A stretch of 64,000 nt of DNA, taken from assembly GCA_965226585.1 (NCBI GenBank), contig OZ245366.1, forward strand, positions 1,312,001-1,376,000, given 5' to 3'. Below the pieces are notes generated by a model that was not told the DNA's origin, ran no database searches, and saw nothing but the letters and a program-made list of their open reading frames with translations. Below are positions 28,783 through 38,122 of this stretch, piece after piece. The position numbers and the translations under genes are program-made. Source of the DNA: Thermodesulfobacteriota bacterium. Its GTDB lineage: Bacteria > Desulfobacterota_D > UBA1144 > Nemesobacterales > Mycalebacteriaceae. Within the stretch, counting starts at the first letter, position 1. The number at the start of each line of letters is the position of its first letter.

Positions 28783-31700
28783 TTAGAACCTGTAATTAAC
28801 TCCGCCCCTGAACTGTTGAATAAAAGTATCCACCGAAGAACTAAACCCGCCGCCATACTCAACACTCACATTAAACTTCTCGTAAGGGCTGTATTCTAAA
28901 CCCGCCCCGTAGGTGAACATCACCCTGTCCATTGTGCCGTCCACGGGAACATTATCCCTCTCAAGCCTTCCCTCAATCTCCGACTCAGGGTTAAGCACCT
29001 GTATATCCGCCCCTGTTTTTATCCACATGTTTATCGTCTCATTGAGAGGAGTCCGCGCCTCTATTGACGGACTCACATACACAAGAAACTCACTTATCTC
29101 ATCTACCCCAAAAGCGTCCATCGCCGCGTCTGCGTCCAAAGTGTTGTCTGCGTTTCTCGCAAGCGAAGTCTCATTAAACTTATCCGCCGTTATTTGCGAT
29201 GCTCCAACCGCCACACGGGGGAAGAGAGCAAACTCTCCCATTAAAAACGGCCTTGACGCGCCTATCTCACCGCCAAATACCGTTGCGTCCACATCCGCCC
29301 GGTAACTGTTGCCCGCCGTTCTTGTCGCTTCCCAACTCGTTGACCCGTAACGCAGGTTGCCGTCAAGAACAAACTCATCAACCAACGCCTCGGCAAATAT
29401 GCCGCCCATGAACCTTGTTGCGTCTCCGCTTGCTTTGCCCAGTCCTCTTGTGTCCGCCGCAGTCTCTGTTTCCGAACTCGCGTCTATGTTTGATACCTCA
29501 TATCCGCCCGCGATGGAAACAAGCACTCCGCTGAACGGGGCTGATACTCCGCCGGTGAAGGAATAAACATCCTCGTCATACTCTATCGCCGATGTGTGCC
29601 TTGTGTATCTTCCGCCCGATGTTGCCCATACACATCCGCCAGTCCAAAACTCTCCGGAAATCTCATCACTCGCCGCTCCGCTGATTCCGCATCCTCGCGC
29701 CAACTTGTCGGCAAAGTTTCTGTCTGAACGATAGGCGGACTGTATCAGCGCGTCATATACATCCAAACTTGTGTCTTTGTGCGATGTTGCTCTTAAAAGC
29801 AGGTTGCCGTTTTCGTCTGTCTCAACACTTACCCTTTCGCCGGTTTCCGCGCTCAGGCGGTCTGCAAACTCTTGCATTTCCTCGCCTTCGGGCAGGTCAT
29901 CCGCTTCAAAAATTGTGTACTCCGTTACATGCGCGCCGGGAACTTCAACTTCAACATTGAAACCCTCAACATCAGAGGCGGTTATCGTCCCCTCAAGGTT
30001 TATCAGCGGGTCGCCCGCCACGCTTTCAGGGTCTGCCGTGATAACAAGAGTCGCGCCTTCGCCGAACTTTATACTCTCAAGCCCGGTAAATCCGTCCGCG
30101 CCCTCAATCACTGTTGTGCCGTTGCTTATGAAGCGGTCATTACCGCCTTCGCCAAAGTCTATGCTCGCTTGAGTGTCCGCAGGAGCGGGGTCTATTGCAG
30201 AAAGACTGAAACGCGCCCCGCCGCCTGATGCCGGTGAAGATTGCGCCCCGGATGAAAGACGGAAACGTCCGGTTCCGCCGGCAGACGGAGTGGTTTCCGC
30301 ATTCTCTAACATGAAAGAACCCACAGTAAGCGTTGAACCCGTTTCAGTCGTAACGGTGTCTCCATCGCCCGCGCCGAGGTCAAGATTGCCCGTAAGCGTA
30401 AATGTGGAACCGCTCTTAATGGTAATCTCGTCATCACCGCCTCCGGTGTCTCCCGAACCCGTGAAATCTCCCTCGTTGTCGAAGGTATCCGCGCCATCGG
30501 CAAGTTCTATTCTGCCGGTTATGTTGCCGTCTGCGTGGGTTGTTATAGTTATCCCCGCAGTGCTTTCGGAATCAATTGAAAAGTGAACCGCGTTCACAGC
30601 CGCCGTCTCCGTGCAGGCTGTGCCTGAAAGCACACCGCCGCAAACTATCGCGCCATTTCCAACTTGAAGTTGCTGACCAAGCGTTGCCGCGACTATCTTT
30701 ACCGTGTTTCCGCCCGAACTGTTTGACCACACTCTCGCGTCTTCAAGGTTAATACCCGAAAGCCATGTGTAGATGGCTGAAGATGAAAGCCCCTCAGCCC
30801 ATACTTCCGCCTTTACTCCAGCCGGTGCGGAGAGCTCAACTGTCGTTGGGGTGCCCAGATCTTCCGGCGGGAATGTAATACGCTGTCCCCTGTCGGAAGA
30901 GTTATGGGAAGAGCGAGGGACAGAGGAAGAGGAAGCTGCGGCAACCCTTCTTATGCTTATGGTGGCGGTGTCTGCGCCGTTTGACCATATCTGCGCTCCG
31001 GTTTCAAGCGAAACCAGTCCGCTTACCGTCTCTATCCTGACAGCGCCGGACTCAGTCCCTTCAGACCAAACCTGTTTCGGGTCAAAGTAAGTGCCCACTG
31101 CCGCCGGGTTGGTTGAAGAATGCGTGAAGTCAAAGGCAACCGCGTTGTCTCCGGTTGTCCAAACCTTGTTTATCTCTGTTATCCCTATGTTGGATTTGCC
31201 TGAAATCGTAAAGTCTCTAATTTTTACTGTCGCGCTTGATGTTTCAACACTTGCTGAGAACAGAGGTCCGGTTACGGAATCTCCCGACCTGAACGATGAG
31301 TTGGTTGATGTAACGGTTATGTCGTCATCTGAACCTGCTATTTTGAGTATCTCGCCGTCTTGAGAGTTGATGCCGACCACCGAGTTGTGAACCGTAAGTC
31401 CCACGGCGGAGCCCGCGCTCGCCGTCAAATCAAACACCACAGAGTTTTCGCCCTCCACCCAAACTTCCGCTCCGTCGTCTATGTTGATGGCAATGGGACC
31501 CCCTGCCGAGTCTGCTTCAAACACAGTGGAATTGGCTCCGTTTGTCCATGCCTGTGATGCGTTAAACCACGTAACGGTTGACACTTTTACCGCCGAAGAG
31601 TTGATTCCGGTTGTCCAAACCTGTCCGCCGCCGGAAGCATTCAAAATTGCTGAAACTATCGCGTTGCTTGACGCTCCGCCGCTCCACACTTTCGCGCCAT

Positions 31701-34700
31701 TGACTGTTACGGCGGTTGTTGCCGTAACCGCATTGCTTGTGTCGCCGTTAGCCCAAACATTCGCGCCGTTCCAAATGTTCACAGTCGGAGCAACGATGGT
31801 GTCGGTTGCGCCGCCTTCCGTCCAGACCTGAGTGTCCGTGCTGTTGACTGTTGCGGCTGTTGTCGCCGAAACCGCCTGACTTCCCGCGCCGTTTGCCCAC
31901 ACTTTTACGCCGTCATTGATATATGCCGTTGTTCCTTTTACTGTCGGAACGCCGTCAACTGTTGTCCAAACCTCTCCCGTTGCGTCATCCGCCACTACGT
32001 TGACCGTTCCCGAAGCTCCCGCAGAAACCGCAGAACTGCCCGTGCCTTCCGCCCAAACCTTTCCTTCGTTTGAAACATTCAAAGTTGCCGTAACTATAGA
32101 ACTGCTTGTCGCCCCGTTGCTCCACACTTTCGCGCCATTGACTGTTACGGAGGTTGTTGCCGTAACTGTGTTGCTTGTTACGCCGTTTGACCAAACATCT
32201 GCGCCGTTCCAAATGCTGACAGTTGGCGCAACTATGGTGTCGGTTGTGTTGCCTTCCGTCCAGACCTGAGTGCCCGTACTGTTGACTGTTGCTGTTGTTC
32301 TCGCCGAAACCGCCTGACTTCCCGCGCCGTTTGCCCACACTTTCACACCGTCATTGATAAATGCCGATGATGCGTCTTTTACTGTTGAAACGCCGTCAAC
32401 TGTTGTCCAAACCTGTCCGTCTCCGTCTGCTGATACGATGTTGGCATTTATTCTGCTTCTCGCCGCAACCGCCGAACTTGTCGCGCCTTCCGCCCAAACC
32501 TTTCCACCGCCGGAAATATTCAAAGTTGCGGCAACTATCGTGTTGCTTGTCGCGCCGTTGCTCCACACATTCGCGTTATTGACTGTTACGGTGGTTGTTG
32601 CCCTAACCGCGTTACTTGTTACGCCGTTTGACCACACATTCGCGCCGTTCCAAATATTGGTACGCGAAGCCGATACGGCGTCGCTTGTGTCGCCTTCCGC
32701 CCAGACCTGAGTGCCTGTGCCGTTGACTGTTGCTGCTACAGACGGTAGTGCTGACGTCGTTACCGACGCAACCGCCGCACTGCCCGCGCCGTTTGCCCAC
32801 ACTTTCACGCCGTCATTAATAAATACCTCTGCTCCTTCTACTGTGTGAACTCCGCCAACCGTTGTCCAAACCTGTCCCGTTGCGTCATCCGCCACTATGT
32901 TGACCGTTCCCGAAGTTCCCGCAGCAACCGCCCCGCTTTCCGTGCCTACCGCCCAAACCTTTCCTTCATTTGAAACATTCAAAGTTGCCGTAACTACCGT
33001 GTTGCTTGATGCTCCGTTGCTCCAAACCTGCGCGTCATTAACTGTTACGGTTGTTGCCGCAACCGCTCTGCTTGTTACGCCGTTTGCCCAAACATCTGCT
33101 TTGTTCCAGATATTGACGGTTGTCGCAAGGATGGTGTCGGCTGTGCCGCCTTCGCTTGTCCAGACTTGGGTGCCCATGCCGTTGACTGTTGCCGTTGTCG
33201 CCGCAACCGCCTGACTTCCCGCTCCGTTTGCCCAAACTTTTACGCCGTCATTGATATGTGCCGTTGTCGCTTTTACTGTCGGAACGCCGCCAACCGTTGT
33301 CCAAACCTGTCCCGTTGCGTCATCCGCCACTATGTTGACCGTCCCTGAAGTTCCCGCAGAAACCGCAGAACTTGTCGTGCCTTCCGCCCAAACCTTTCCT
33401 TCATTTGAAACATTCAAAGTTTCCGTAACTATAGAGTTGCTTGTCGCCCCGTTGCTCCACACTTTCGCGTTATTAACTGTTACAGAAGTTGTTGCCGTAA
33501 CCGCATTGCTTGTTACGCCGTTTGCCCATACATCTGCGCCGTTCCAAATGCTGACAGTTGGAGCAACGATGGTGTCGGTTGTGTTGCCTTCCGTCCAGAC
33601 CTGAGTGTCTGTACTGTTGACTGTTGCCGTTGTCGCCGCAACCGCCTGACTTTCCGCTCCGTTTGCCCATACTTTTACGCCGTCATTGATATATGCCGTT
33701 GTCGCTTTTACTGTTGAAACGCCGCCAACCGTTGTCCAAACCTGTCCCGTTGCGTCATCCGCCACTATGTTGACCGTCCCTGAAGTTCCCGCAGAAACCG
33801 CAGAACTTGTCGCGCCTTCCGCCCAAACCTTTCCTTCATTTGAAACATTCAAAGTTTCCGTAACTATAGAGTTGCTTGTCGCTCCGTTGCTCCACACTTT
33901 CGCGCCATTGACTGTTACGGTTGTTGCCGTAACTGTGTTGCTTGTTACGCCGTTTGCCCAAACATCTGCTTCGTTCCAAATGTTCACAGTTGTCGCAACT
34001 ATGGTGTCGGCTGTGCCGCCTTCGCTTGTCCAGACCTGAGTGCCCGTGCCGTTGACTGTTGCCGTTGTCGCCGAAGCCGCCTGACTTCCCGCTCCATTTG
34101 CCCACACTTTCACGCCGTCATTGATATATGCCGTTGTCGCTTTTACTGTCGGAACGCCGCCAACCGTTGTCCAAACCTGTCCCGTTGCGTCATCCGCCAC
34201 TATGTTGACCGTTCCCGAAGCTCCCGCAGAAACCGCAGAACTTGTCGCGCCTTCCGCCCAAACCTTTCCTTCGTTTGAAACATTCAAAGTTGCCGTAACT
34301 ACCGTGTTGCTTGTCGCTCCGTTGCTCCACACTTTCGCGCCATTGACTGTTACGGAGGTTGTTGCCGTAACTGCGTTGCTTGTTACGCCGTTTGCCCAAA
34401 CATCTGCGCCGTTCCAAATGTTCACAGTTGGCGCAACGATGGTGTCGGTTGTGTTGCCTTCCGTCCAGACCTGAGTGTCCGTACTGTTGACTGTTGCCGT
34501 TGTTCTCGCCGCAACCGCCTGACTTCCCGCTCCGTTTGCCCACACTTTCACGCCGTCATTGATATATGCTAATGATGCTCCTCCTACTGTTGAAACACCG
34601 TTAACTGTTGTCCAAACCTGTCCGTCTCCGTCTGCTGATACGATGTTGGCCGTTATGCTACCTCTCGCATAAACCGCAGAACTGCCCGTGCCTTCCGCCC

Positions 34701-36990
34701 AAACCTTTCCACCGCCGGAAATATTCAAAGTTGTCGTAATTACCGTGTTGCTTGTCGCCCCGTTGCTCCACACATTCGCGTCATTAACTGTTACGGTGGC
34801 TGTTGCCCTAACCGCATTGCTTGTGTCGCCGTTAGCCCAAACATTCGCGCCGTTCCAAATGTTGACGGTTGACGCCCCGGAGATGGTGACGGTTGTGTCG
34901 CCTTCCGTCCAGACCTGAGTGCCTGCGCCGTTGACTGTTGCTGTTGTTACCTCAACCGCCCGAGTTCTCGCCCCGTTTGCCCAAACTTTCACACCGTCAT
35001 TGATATACGCCGTTGTCGCTACTACTGTCGGAAAGCCGCCAACCGCCCAAACCTCTCCCGTTGCGTCATCCGCCACTATGTTGACCGTTCCCGAACTTCC
35101 CGCAGAAACCGCCGCACTGCCCGTGCCGTTTGCCCAAACCTTTCCCTGGTTTGAAACATTCAAAGTTTCTGTAACTACCGTGTTGCTTGTCGCTCCGCTG
35201 CTCCACACTTTCGCGCCATTGACTGTTACGGTTGTTGCCTTAACCGCATTGCTTGTCGCGCCGTTTGACCAAACATTCGCTTCGTTCCAAATGTTCACAG
35301 TTGTCGCAACTATGGTGTCGGCTGTGCCGCCTTCGCTTGTCCAGACTTGGGTGCCCATGCCGTTGACTGTTGCTGTTGTCGCCGAAACCGCCTGACTTCC
35401 CGCTCCGTTTGCCCAAACTTTTACGCCGTCATTGATATATGCCGTTGTCGCTTTTACTGTTGAAGCGCCGCCAACCGTTGTCCAAACCTCTCCCGTTGCG
35501 TCATCCGCCACTATGTTGACCGTTCCTGAATCTCCCGCAGAAACCGCAGAACTTCCCGCGCCGTTTGCCCAAACCTTTCCACCGTTTGAAACATTCAAAG
35601 TTTCCGTAACTATAGAGTTGCTTGTGTCGCCTTCCGTCCACACTTCAGAGCCGTTGACCACAACAGTTGTTGCTGAAATGGCGTTGGCTGTCGCTCCGGT
35701 AGCCCGCACTTTTGAGGCGTTCCACACATTCACCGCGCCAGTTGTTGAGATTGTGGTGGCTTCCGTTTTGTTCGTCCATACATCCGCGCCGCTGACATCA
35801 ACATCACCGGTCGCCAAAATCGCGAAATCCGAACCATTGCCGCCGACATCTGCGCCCACAATATTCACCGTTGACGCATTAATTGCCGCAAATCCGCCTT
35901 CCGTCCAGACGGAAAGACCGTCCGCTTCTCCCGCCACTACTGACAGGGTTCCCGTGGTTGAAGCTTCAATGGCAATACTTCCGGCTCCATCCGCAAAGAT
36001 AACTGAACCGCCGTTTCCGCCTATGTTTATGTCTCCGCCGCTTGTGGATGTTGCTATAATGCCGTTCCCGCCTGTGAGGGTTGAGCCTTTTCCGCCTCTT
36101 CCATAGACGACTCCGTTCGTGAGAGCGAGGTCAATGTTTCCGCTAACCGTGTTGGCTATGATGCCGTCTTTACCAAGTATGCAGGCGGTGTCGTTCATAA
36201 GTACCATGCTTATGGATCCCGTGCCTGCGGTGGATGCCGCCAAGCCGTAAGACTCTCCCACGGATGAGGCGATTATTGCCGCGCTGTCTATAAGTTCAAC
36301 TGTTATGTCTCCGCTTGCGGATGTGAGTGTCGCGCCTCTGGTGTCTTCAACTGTGTCTTCCTTGCCTGTGCCGCTTCTGGCTCCATACAGGTGGATTGCC
36401 GAATATATCCCGCTAAATGAAAGTTCAATATCTCCGCCTACTGTGTTTGCTATAAGACCGTTTGTGCCTTGTTTGTCTGAAACGATTATTCCCTGATTGG
36501 AGAAGTCCGCGACCACTTTTCCGCCTGTGGATGTTGCTATAATGCCGTTTCCGCCGGTTCCCCCGATTTTAACTTCTGTGACGTTGTGAATGTCTATATC
36601 CACATTGCCCGTTCCGGCTGTGATGGTAACAACGTTTCCATCGCTTCCGCCTTTGGTGGTGGACGACTTATCATCGGTTCGGAAGGTAGCGTCAATCGCG
36701 CCGCCGATAACTACTGTGTCTCCACCTGTTTGGGTTGTTGTGATAGTTGAGTTGTAAGAGGTAAGGGTGGCAGACCCTGTGGTGGAGTTGACTGTAACAA
36801 CGGGGTTGTCCGTAACAGAGTCAGGCACCCCGCCTGAGATGTTAAGCGCGGCGTCTCCTGTTGTGGAGGTACAATCAAACGCGGTTGCGGTTGTTGGGGT
36901 TACATCGCCGCAATCTGTTTGTGCATAAGCGGGCGGCGCAAAAGCAAATAGAACTGCGAACATAGAGATGATGGTTAATTTTCTGTGCAT
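28783..36990 (-). CDS. Autotransporter/adhesin 4 (2735 aa), barrel type B, with ~145-aa higher-order tandem repeats
   Basis: Signal peptide (..AYA|Q), repeats, C-terminus ...FRGGVNYRF; 26 bp from the next gene's start. Confidence 0.88.
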   Translation of the reverse strand: MHRKLTIISMFAVLFAFAPPAYAQTDCGDVTPTTATAFDCTSTTGDAALNISGGVPDSVTDNPVVTVNSTTGSATLTSYNSTITTTQTGGDTVVIGGAIDATFRTDDKSSTTKGGSDGNVVTITAGTGNVDIDIHNVTEVKIGGTGGNGIIATSTGGKVVADFSNQGIIVSDKQGTNGLIANTVGGDIELSFSGIYSAIHLYGARSGTGKEDTVEDTRGATLTSASGDITVELIDSAAIIASSVGESYGLAASTAGTGSISMVLMNDTACILGKDGIIANTVSGNIDLALTNGVVYGRGGKGSTLTGGNGIIATSTSGGDINIGGNGGSVIFADGAGSIAIEASTTGTLSVVAGEADGLSVWTEGGFAAINASTVNIVGADVGGNGSDFAILATGDVDVSGADVWTNKTEATTISTTGAVNVWNASKVRATGATANAISATTVVVNGSEVWTEGDTSNSIVTETLNVSNGGKVWANGAGSSAVSAGDSGTVNIVADDATGEVWTTVGGASTVKATTAYINDGVKVWANGAGSQAVSATTATVNGMGTQVWTSEGGTADTIVATTVNIWNEANVWSNGATSNAVKATTVTVNGAKVWSSGATSNTVVTETLNVSNQGKVWANGTGSAAVSAGSSGTVNIVADDATGEVWAVGGFPTVVATTAYINDGVKVWANGARTRAVEVTTATVNGAGTQVWTEGDTTVTISGASTVNIWNGANVWANGDTSNAVRATATVTVNDANVWSNGATSNTVITTTLNISGGGKVWAEGTGSSAVYARGSITANIVSADGDGQVWTTVNGVSTVGGASLAYINDGVKVWANGAGSQAVAARTTATVNSTDTQVWTEGNTTDTIVAPTVNIWNGADVWANGVTSNAVTATTSVTVNGAKVWSNGATSNTVVTATLNVSNEGKVWAEGATSSAVSAGASGTVNIVADDATGQVWTTVGGVPTVKATTAYINDGVKVWANGAGSQAASATTATVNGTGTQVWTSEGGTADTIVATTVNIWNEADVWANGVTSNTVTATTVTVNGAKVWSNGATSNSIVTETLNVSNEGKVWAEGATSSAVSAGTSGTVNIVADDATGQVWTTVGGVSTVKATTAYINDGVKVWANGAESQAVAATTATVNSTDTQVWTEGNTTDTIVAPTVSIWNGADVWANGVTSNAVTATTSVTVNNAKVWSNGATSNSIVTETLNVSNEGKVWAEGTTSSAVSAGTSGTVNIVADDATGQVWTTVGGVPTVKATTAHINDGVKVWANGAGSQAVAATTATVNGMGTQVWTSEGGTADTILATTVNIWNKADVWANGVTSRAVAATTVTVNDAQVWSNGASSNTVVTATLNVSNEGKVWAVGTESGAVAAGTSGTVNIVADDATGQVWTTVGGVHTVEGAEVFINDGVKVWANGAGSAAVASVTTSALPSVAATVNGTGTQVWAEGDTSDAVSASRTNIWNGANVWSNGVTSNAVRATTTVTVNNANVWSNGATSNTIVAATLNISGGGKVWAEGATSSAVAARSRINANIVSADGDGQVWTTVDGVSTVKDASSAFINDGVKVWANGAGSQAVSARTTATVNSTGTQVWTEGNTTDTIVAPTVSIWNGADVWSNGVTSNTVTATTSVTVNGAKVWSNGATSSSIVTATLNVSNEGKVWAEGTGSSAVSAGASGTVNVVADDATGEVWTTVDGVPTVKGTTAYINDGVKVWANGAGSQAVSATTAATVNSTDTQVWTEGGATDTIVAPTVNIWNGANVWANGDTSNAVTATTAVTVNGAKVWSGGASSNAIVSAILNASGGGQVWTTGINSSAVKVSTVTWFNASQAWTNGANSTVFEADSAGGPIAINIDDGAEVWVEGENSVVFDLTASAGSAVGLTVHNSVVGINSQDGEILKIAGSDDDITVTSTNSSFRSGDSVTGPLFSASVETSSATVKIRDFTISGKSNIGITEINKVWTTGDNAVAFDFTHSSTNPAAVGTYFDPKQVWSEGTESGAVRIETVSGLVSLETGAQIWSNGADTATISIRRVAAASSSSVPRSSHNSSDRGQRITFPPEDLGTPTTVELSAPAGVKAEVWAEGLSSSAIYTWLSGINLEDARVWSNSSGGNTVKIVAATLGQQLQVGNGAIVCGGVLSGTACTETAAVNAVHFSIDSESTAGITITTHADGNITGRIELADGADTFDNEGDFTGSGDTGGGDDEITIKSGSTFTLTGNLDLGAGDGDTVTTETGSTLTVGSFMLENAETTPSAGGTGRFRLSSGAQSSPASGGGARFSLSAIDPAPADTQASIDFGEGGNDRFISNGTTVIEGADGFTGLESIKFGEGATLVITADPESVAGDPLINLEGTITASDVEGFNVEVEVPGAHVTEYTIFEADDLPEGEEMQEFADRLSAETGERVSVETDENGNLLLRATSHKDTSLDVYDALIQSAYRSDRNFADKLARGCGISGAASDEISGEFWTGGCVWATSGGRYTRHTSAIEYDEDVYSFTGGVSAPFSGVLVSIAGGYEVSNIDASSETETAADTRGLGKASGDATRFMGGIFAEALVDEFVLDGNLRYGSTSWEATRTAGNSYRADVDATVFGGEIGASRPFLMGEFALFPRVAVGASQITADKFNETSLARNADNTLDADAAMDAFGVDEISEFLVYVSPSIEARTPLNETINMWIKTGADIQVLNPESEIEGRLERDNVPVDGTMDRVMFTYGAGLEYSPYEKFNVSVEYGGGFSSSVDTFIQQFRGGVNYRF
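31700..35620 (-). repeat. Intragenic tandem repeat, period ~435-438 bp, roughly nine imperfect copies
   Basis: Block NIVADDATG(E/Q)VWTTVGGV.TVKATTAYINDGVKVWANGAGSQAV recurs; matching antisense ORFs start at 33251, 33686, 34121 (435 bp apart); boundaries approximate. Confidence 0.85.
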
Positions 36991-37036
36991 AAGGGTTCCC
37001 CTCGGAGGGTTAAATTGGATTGACTAATCTTCGGAA

Positions 37037-37065
37037 AAGATATAGTTCAACGGAAGTTGTGTCAA
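37037..37065 (-). promoter_or_regulatory. Putative sigma70 promoter for autotransporters 4-3
   Basis: Minus strand TTGACA-N17-TATCTT; paralogous to the region upstream of autotransporter 7. Confidence 0.65.
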
Positions 37066-37096
37066 GAGTTGAAAAGGGAGACAGGAAAAAAATTTT

Positions 37097-38117
37097 TCAT
37101 TCCTGCGGAGGCAGGAATCCGGCATTGGTTTAGCCGGTTGAATACCAGTTGAATACTGGATTCCGTGTCAGGCACGGAATGACGGGAGGGGGAAAAAGGC
37201 ACGGAATGGCACACTTTCCCGTCATTCCTGCGGAAGCAGGAATCCAGTATTGGTTAGCCAGCTGAATACTGGATTCCGTGTCAGGCACGGAATGACGGGA
37301 TGGGGAAAAAGGCACGGAATGGCACACTTTCCCGTCATTCCTGCGAAAGCAGGAATCCAGTATTGGTTTAGCCATGTTGAATACTGGATTCCGTGTCAGG
37401 CACGGAATGACGGAAAGGAAAAAAGGCGCGGAATGACACACTTTCCCGTCATTCCTGCGAAAGCAGGAATCCAGTATTGGTTAGCCAGTTGAATACTGGA
37501 TTCCGTGTCAAGCACGGAATGACGGGATGGGGAAAAAGGCACGGAATGGCACACTTTCCCGTCATTCCTGCGGAAGCAGGAATCCAGTATTGGTTTAGCC
37601 CAGTTGAATACTGGATTCCGTGTCAGGCACGGAATGACGGGATGGGGAAAAAGGCACGGAATGACACACTTTCCCGTCATTCCTGCGGAAGCAGGAATCC
37701 AGTATTGGTTAGCCAACTGAATACTGGATTCCGTGTCAGGCACGGAATGACGGGAGGGGAAAAAGGCACGGAATGACACACTTTCCCGTCATTCCTGCGG
37801 AAGCAGGAATCCAGTATTGGTTAGCCAGCTGAATACTGGATTCCGTGTCAGGCACGGAATGACGGGATGGGGAAAAAGGCACGGAATGGCACTTCCCCGT
37901 CATTCCTGCGGAAGCAGGAATCCAGTATTGGTTAACCAGTTGAATACTGGATTCCGTGTCAGGCACGGAATGACGGGATGGGGAAAAAGGCACGGAATGG
38001 CACACTTTCCCGTCATTCCTGCGGAAGCAGGAATCCAGTATTGGTTAACCAGTTGAATACTGGATTCCGTGTCAAGCACGGAATGACGGAAAGGAAAAAA
38101 AGGCACGGAATGACGGG
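37097..38117. repeat. Tandem array of eight full CGTC doublets plus one degenerate leading unit
   Basis: Full units start at 37220, 37333, 37447, 37560, 37675, 37787, 37898, 38011; spacers 13-15 bp. Confidence 0.95.
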
Positions 38118-38122
38118 ATGGG

